The position numbers and the translations under genes were made by a program. From an uncultured Thermoleophilia bacterium (GTDB lineage: Bacteria > Actinomycetota > Thermoleophilia > Gaiellales > Gaiellaceae), in contig CAVOLH010000003.1 in assembly GCA_963696755.1 (NCBI GenBank), forward strand, positions 275,319-339,318: a stretch of DNA of 64,000 nucleotides. The letters run 5' to 3'. The notes below the pieces were generated by a model. It had not been told where the DNA came from and did no database searches. It worked only from the letters and a program-made list of their open reading frames with translations. Positions 58,889 through 64,000 of this stretch are shown here, piece after piece (within the stretch, counting starts at the first letter, position 1; each line of letters starts with the position of its first letter).

Positions 58889-59707
58889 TGGCCAGCAAGG
58901 CGCAGCAGGAGCGGCGCGCGGAGTTCAAGCGCTACAAGGAGGACGTCGCCAAGGAGGGGAAGCCGTTCTTCCCCTACGCGATCCTGCACGACACGATCAT
59001 GTCGCTCGTCGTCGTGGTCGTGATCATCGGCCTCGCGGTGATCTGGAAGTTCACGTCGGACGACGGCGACATCGGCCCGCTCGGGCCGCTCTACACCGAC
59101 AAGGCCGACCCGGGCACGACGAACTTCGTGCCGCGCCCCGACTGGTTCTTCTACTTCCTCTTCTACCTCCTGCGCATCTTCAAGTGGCCGGAGACGGTCG
59201 TCCTCGGCACGATCGGGATCCCGACGATCCTGCTCATGCTCCTGATCGGGCTCCCGTTCTTCGATCGCCGGCCCGAGCGCGCGGTGCTGCGGCGCCCGGT
59301 CGCGTTCGTCGCCGCGATCCTCGTCATCCTCTCGATGGGCGTGCTGACCTGGAAGGGCGCGACCGCCAAGGAGTCGCTCGGCTCCGAGAACGTCGTGCTC
59401 GTGCCCGAATGGGCAGACAAGCAGGGCTTCGCGGACAACCCGGTCGCCGTCGAGGGCGCAACGCTCTTCGCCGAGGTCGGGCTGCATGAACTGTCACACC
59501 TATCTCGGCGCCGGCAGCAGCAACCTCGGCGCACCCGATCTCTCGGCGGAAGGCGCCAAGGGCCGCGGCATCAAGTGGCAGGTCGACCACCTCAAGTGCC
59601 CGAGCTGCGTCAACCCGGGCTCGCCGATGCCGCCGCAGGCGGGACTCGGGGACGAGAACCTGACGAAGATCGCCACCTTCCTCGAAGCCTCCAAGGGCGA
59701 GAAGTAA
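58888..59707 (+). CDS. qcrC: Subunit IV-cytochrome c fusion (frameshift ~59480)
   Basis: GKPFFP, PRPDWF, LPFFDR; C-terminal CMNCH..MP. Confidence 0.88.
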
Positions 59708-59712
59708 CGCCC

Positions 59713-59732
59713 GGGCGAGGCGCGCCTCGCCC
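59713..59732. terminator. Hairpin after qcrC (terminator or REP-like)
   Basis: GGGCGAGGC-GC-GCCTCGCCC. Confidence 0.55.
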
Positions 59733-59795
59733 CATGCCCGTCGTCCGGCTTCGTTGGTCGGCTCCAGCTCCTGGCCGGGCGTCTACGCTCCAGGC

Positions 59796-60386
59796 ATGCG
59801 CGTCTTCCTCGGAGTCACCGGCGCCTCGGGCGCGCCCTACGCGGCGCGGCTCCTGCAGGCGCTCGCCGCCGGCGACCACGAGATCGGCCTCGTCGCCTCG
59901 GCCGCCGGCGTCGAGGTGATCGCGACCGAGCTCTACGGCGACGCGAGCCTCCCGCGCGACGAGGTTCTCGAGCGGTTCGTCGGCGAGGCGGCGGGCCAGG
60001 TCACCGTCTACGGGATCAACGACTACAAGAGCCCCTACGCGAGCGGCTCGGCCAGGGTCGACGCGTACGTCGTCTGCCCGTGCTCGATGAGCACGGTCGG
60101 CACCCTGGCTGCGGGCGCGATGGCGAACCTGATTCACCGCGCCGCCTCGGTCGCGCTGAAGGAGCGGCGCAAGCTCGTGCTCGTGCCGCGCGAGACGCCT
60201 CTGTCGCTGATCCACCTCCGCGGGCTCGCGACGCTGCACGAGGCAGGCGCCGTGATCCTGTTCGCAGCGCCGGGCTTCTACCACGGCGCCAAGACGATCG
60301 ACGATCTCGTCGACTTCGTCGTCGCCCGGGCACTCGACCAGATCGGCATCGACCAGACGCTGACACCGCGCTGGGGCCAGCCGTGA
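59796..60386 (+). CDS. ubiX: Flavin prenyltransferase UbiX
   Basis: GVTGASGAPY, ASGS, PCSMST, LKERR.L.LVPRETP, PGFYH. Confidence 0.94.
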   Translation: MRVFLGVTGASGAPYAARLLQALAAGDHEIGLVASAAGVEVIATELYGDASLPRDEVLERFVGEAAGQVTVYGINDYKSPYASGSARVDAYVVCPCSMSTVGTLAAGAMANLIHRAASVALKERRKLVLVPRETPLSLIHLRGLATLHEAGAVILFAAPGFYHGAKTIDDLVDFVVARALDQIGIDQTLTPRWGQP

Positions 60387-61066
60387 CCCACGAGACCGGC
60401 ACGCTCGAGCCGGAAGGCGTGCGGACGATGTTCGACCGGATCGCGCCGTTCTACGACGTCATGAACCACGTCATGACCGTGGGGCTCGACCGCCGCTGGC
60501 GCCGGCACACCGTCGAGGCGGTCGTCCAGCCCGGTGCGCGCGTGCTCGATGCGTGTTGCGGCACGGGCGACCTCGCGATCGCGGCCGAGCGTGAGGGCGG
60601 CATCGTCACGGGGCTCGACTTCTCGGGCGAGATGCTCGTGCGGGCGCGCCGCAAGTCGGACACGATCGAGTGGATCCAGGGAGACGTGCTGGCGCTGCCC
60701 TTCGGTGACGCCAGCTTCGACGCCGCCACGGTCGGCTTCGGCGTGCGCAACGTCGCGGATCTCCGCGCCGGCCTCGAGGAGCTGCGGCGCGTCCTGCGGC
60801 CCGGCGGCCGGCTCGCGATCCTCGAGATCACCCAGCCTCGTGGGTTCCTGAAGCCGTTCTTCTCGCTCTGGTTCGACCGCATCGTGCCGCTGCTCGGCCG
60901 CGTGCTGCCCGGCGGGAAGGCCTACACGTACCTGCCGGCGAGCGTCCGGCGGTTTCCGGGCGCCGAGGATCTCGCGGCGCTGATCGACGAGTGCGGGTTC
61001 GAGGGAACCCAGTTCCGCCTGTTCGGTGGCTCGATCGTGGCGCTGCACACGGCGACGGCGCGATGA
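60383..61066 (+). CDS. menG: Demethylmenaquinone methyltransferase
   Basis: MFDRIAPFYDVMN, LDACCGTGD, GFGVRNV, AYTYLPAS. Confidence 0.92.
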   Translation: MTHETGTLEPEGVRTMFDRIAPFYDVMNHVMTVGLDRRWRRHTVEAVVQPGARVLDACCGTGDLAIAAEREGGIVTGLDFSGEMLVRARRKSDTIEWIQGDVLALPFGDASFDAATVGFGVRNVADLRAGLEELRRVLRPGGRLAILEITQPRGFLKPFFSLWFDRIVPLLGRVLPGGKAYTYLPASVRRFPGAEDLAALIDECGFEGTQFRLFGGSIVALHTATAR

Positions 61067-61983
61067 GCACGCTCGATGTCGTTCGGGCTGCGCCGGGGCT
61101 CGGGGAGTACCTGGCGGAGGTCGAGGAGCTGCTCGAGCAGTCGATGGCCGGGCATCCGGGGCTCGTCGCCGAGATCGGCGCCGAGGCGCTGACCGCCGGC
61201 GGCAAGCGCCTGCGGCCGATGCTCACGTTCCTCTCGGCGCCCGCCGGCACGCGGCCGTCGGTGGCGGCCGGGGCGGCTGTCGAGCTCGTCCACATGGCGA
61301 CGCTCGTGCACGACGACCTGATCGACGGAGCCCGCGTGCGGCGCGGCAGGGCCGCAGCCTGGACGTCCTACGGTGCCGACGCGGCCCGTGCTGCCGGCGA
61401 CTACATCTTTGCGCGCGCCTTCTCCGAGCTCGCGGCCCGCGGCGACGTCGATGCCGTCGCCGTCCTCGCCGAGGCGTCGCTCGCGCTCGCCCGCGGTGAG
61501 GCTCTCCAGCGCCGGCAGCGGTACGACCCCGACACGACGGTCGAGGGGTATCTCGAGCGCTGTGCGCTCAAGACCGGGAAGCTGTTCGAGGCGGCCTGCC
61601 TGCTCGGCGGCGGCAGCGGCGACTACGGCAGGCTGCTCGGCATCTCGTTCCAGATCGTCGACGACATCCTCGACTGCGCGGGCGACACGATCGAGACCGG
61701 CAAGATCCCCGGCACCGACCTGCGCGACGGCACGCCGACGCTGCCGCTCATCCTTGCCGCTCGCGACGACGAGGTCGTGCGCGCGGCGCTCGCCGGCGGG
61801 CCGCTCGAGGGAGCGCTCGTCCGGGTCGTCGCGACGGGTGCGCTCGATCGCTCCCGCGAGGTCGCGGTCGACTACGCGACGCGCGCGCGAGAGAGCCTCG
61901 ACGGCGCGCCGCGCCGGGACGAGCTCGACGCGCTCGCGCTCGCGGTCGTCGACCGGAACGGCTTGAGCGCTCAGCCGAGCTGA
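61063..61983 (+). CDS. Polyprenyl diphosphate synthase
   Basis: GGKRLRP, LVHDDLID..RRG, KT, FQIVDDILD. Confidence 0.93.
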   Translation: MSTLDVVRAAPGLGEYLAEVEELLEQSMAGHPGLVAEIGAEALTAGGKRLRPMLTFLSAPAGTRPSVAAGAAVELVHMATLVHDDLIDGARVRRGRAAAWTSYGADAARAAGDYIFARAFSELAARGDVDAVAVLAEASLALARGEALQRRQRYDPDTTVEGYLERCALKTGKLFEAACLLGGGSGDYGRLLGISFQIVDDILDCAGDTIETGKIPGTDLRDGTPTLPLILAARDDEVVRAALAGGPLEGALVRVVATGALDRSREVAVDYATRARESLDGAPRRDELDALALAVVDRNGLSAQPS

Positions 61984-63014
61984 CGCGCGGGCCGCTCGGC
62001 GCGGCGGTACTCGACCCGGTAGCCGAGGCGGCGCGGCACCTCGAGCAGGCTCTCGAGGTCGAGGTCGATGTGCGCCCCGGCCTTCTGGGTCACCTCGTCC
62101 TCGATCGGCAGGTCGAAGTCGTCGGCGCCGTAGTCGAGGGCGCGGAAGGCCTCCTCGTTCTGGGTCAGCACCGACGTGCGGATGTGCTTGACGTTGTCGA
62201 GGAAGATCCGCGAGAGCGCGATATGGCGCCAGTACTCGGCCGGCGGGATCTCCCGGCCACCGAGCGCCGTCCCGTACGGCTTGTACGTCCACGAGAGGAA
62301 CGAGAACAGGCCGTCGTGGCCGTCGCGGATGCAGGCGTCCTGGAAGTCGCGCGTCCGCTGCAGGTGCTCGAGCCGCTCCTCGAGGGTCTCGTCGAAGCCG
62401 ATCACCATCGTCGCGGTCGTGCGCAGGCCGCTCTCGACGATCGCGCGCTGCGCCTCGAAGTACTGCACGACCGTGTACTTGAACTTGGCGTGGCGCTTGC
62501 GGAAGTCCTCGGTGAGGATCTCGCTGCCGCCGCCCGTCACCCAGTGGACGCCCGCGTCGCGCAGGCGCGCCGCGGTCTCCGCGTACGAGAGGTCGGCGCG
62601 GTCGGCGAGGTACATGAACTCCGCCACCGTCAGCGCGTAGAACTCGACGCTGTCCTGATAGCGCTCGCGCACGGCGGCGAAGAGATCGCAGTAGTAGTCG
62701 AGCGGCAGCTTCGGGTTGAAGCCGCCGTTGAACGCGACGAGATCGCCGCCGACCTCGAGGAGCCCGTCGATCTTCGCGAACACCTCGTCGCGGTCGAGCA
62801 CGTAGCCACCGTCCTGGCCGGGCAGCACGTAGAACGCGCAGTAGTCGCACTGGGCGACGCAGACGTTCGTGTAGTTGATGATCCGCATCACCATGTAGGT
62901 GGCGCGGTCGGGCTCGTGCCACTGCGCGCGGGCGACGCCGGCGAGCGCGCGCAGCTCGTCGTCGCTCGCGTCGTTCCAGAGGCGAGCGGCCTCGTCGACG
63001 GAGATCCTGCTCAC
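61971..63014 (-). CDS. mqnC: MqnC/CofH-family radical SAM, probably cyclic dehypoxanthinyl futalosine synthase
   Basis: INYTNVCVAQCDYCAFY, GGFNP, GGGSEIL, TTATM, SRIFLDN; menaquinone context. Confidence 0.78.
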   Translation of the reverse strand: MSRISVDEAARLWNDASDDELRALAGVARAQWHEPDRATYMVMRIINYTNVCVAQCDYCAFYVLPGQDGGYVLDRDEVFAKIDGLLEVGGDLVAFNGGFNPKLPLDYYCDLFAAVRERYQDSVEFYALTVAEFMYLADRADLSYAETAARLRDAGVHWVTGGGSEILTEDFRKRHAKFKYTVVQYFEAQRAIVESGLRTTATMVIGFDETLEERLEHLQRTRDFQDACIRDGHDGLFSFLSWTYKPYGTALGGREIPPAEYWRHIALSRIFLDNVKHIRTSVLTQNEEAFRALDYGADDFDLPIEDEVTQKAGAHIDLDLESLLEVPRRLGYRVEYRRAERPARQLG

Positions 63015-64000
63015 GCCGGCACGGCCTCCTCGACGGTGACCTCCTCCGGGTCGAGCGTGTCCATGAACGAGCTGACCGAGAAGACGGCGTTACCGGCGCC
63101 CGCGACGCCGTAGCCGGGCGGCGGCTTGAGGCCGTGGCGGGAGAGCGCGGCGCGGTATGCCTCGAGCAGCCGGACGTGGTACTCGAGCGGCGCGCCCTCG
63201 GGGTTGTCGCGGCCGAGCGGCGTCGTCGGCTCCGGGCACCACGTCGTGAAGCGCGGCGTGATGCCGTGGCTCATGAAGTAGTCGAGGCCCTCGGTGGTGC
63301 TCGCGATCGCCTCGTCGACGGTCGTGAACCCGAACGGCTTCGCCATCTCGACGCCGGCGACGAAGTTCGGGATCACGTAGCGCGCTCCGAACACGTCGGC
63401 CGCGTCGAAGATCCGGCGGTGCCATTCCTCGCGGCCGACGTAGCGCTCCTTGCCGGGGGAGATCAGCGAGAAGAGGCGCTTGTCCCAGACCTCGTAGTTC
63501 GGGTGGTAGATCGTGATCCCGTAGTCCTTGAAGCGCTGCACGTCGGCCTTCGGCAGTGCCTGCGCGACGACCTTGCCGAGCCAGCGGCCCGGGAACCGCT
63601 CCTCGATCGCCTGCGCGTAGCGGCCGTAGAACTCCGCCTCGCCGAGCCCGTCGACCGAGCTCGTGACCGAGCCGCCGGTGAGCGTGTACGCCTTGCTCGT
63701 GCCGCGCGGTGTCGTAGCGGTCGATCAGCGCGAGCGCCTCGAGCACGTCCTCGATCGGCTTCACGCCCGTGTAGGGGCGGCCTTCGCGCTTGTGCTGGCG
63801 CCAGTTGTGGTTGATGTCGCAGAAGCCGCACTCCTCCTTGGCGCCGAAGTACTGGCAGAGGCGCAGCACCGTGAGGTAGATCAGGTAGCCCCACTGGATC
63901 GTCGGCGCCGTCTCCATCACCGTCTTGCCGTTCGCGAGCAGGTGACGGTAGTACTCGGGCATCGGCGGCAGGTGGACGTCGGCGAGCGGCATGCCGTCGA
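63011..64000 (-). CDS. Radical SAM protein with CX8CX2C motif (5' partial, frameshifted)
   Basis: CQYFGAKEECGFC, TLTGG, NYEVWD, PGK, NFVAG; GTGA overlap with mqnC. Confidence 0.85.

Overview
This is a very GC-rich (~70% by eye), gene-dense bacterial chromosomal segment. Gene content (futalosine menaquinone genes, CIRCE-groESL, 3-TM Rieske, widespread leaderless TANNNT promoters) suggests a deep-branching actinobacterium such as Thermoleophilia/Gaiellales; this is inference. Most long genes, including groEL, lipA and hemL, are broken by single-base indels. I read these as long-read consensus errors rather than pseudogenes, so CDS were stitched across frames and some ends are approximate. In order: partial S8 protease; two small secreted proteins; lipA; CopC/CopD fusion; HTH regulator plus MFS; lipB with a branched-chain-type 2-oxoacid dehydrogenase E2/E1b/E1a and HMG-CoA lyase; Zn-ribbon and ASCH genes; groES-groEL; an orphan gene beside a tRNA-Arg with a GCG anticodon; ygfZ-like and molybdo-oxidoreductase genes; mqnD; a ~17 kb purine uptake/catabolism cluster (PuuD, UraD, UraH, 8-oxoguanine and adenine deaminases, GuaB-family enzyme, allantoinase, BMP ABC transporter, xanthine dehydrogenase); transport and housekeeping genes; an orphan E2 heading an AlkP-GtrA-2xGT-C operon; ymdB; and a heme/menaquinone/Rieske-cytochrome b cluster ending in mqnC and a non-canonical radical SAM gene. 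I found no transposase, integrase, CRISPR or rRNA. Best leads: the GCG tRNA, a candidate structured RNA at ~19.75-19.85 kb, inverted REP-like repeats bracketing the purine cluster, a b6-type qcr lacking the heme ci Cys, a DDxxD-less prenyl synthase partner, and the CX8CX2C radical SAM gene coupled to mqnC.
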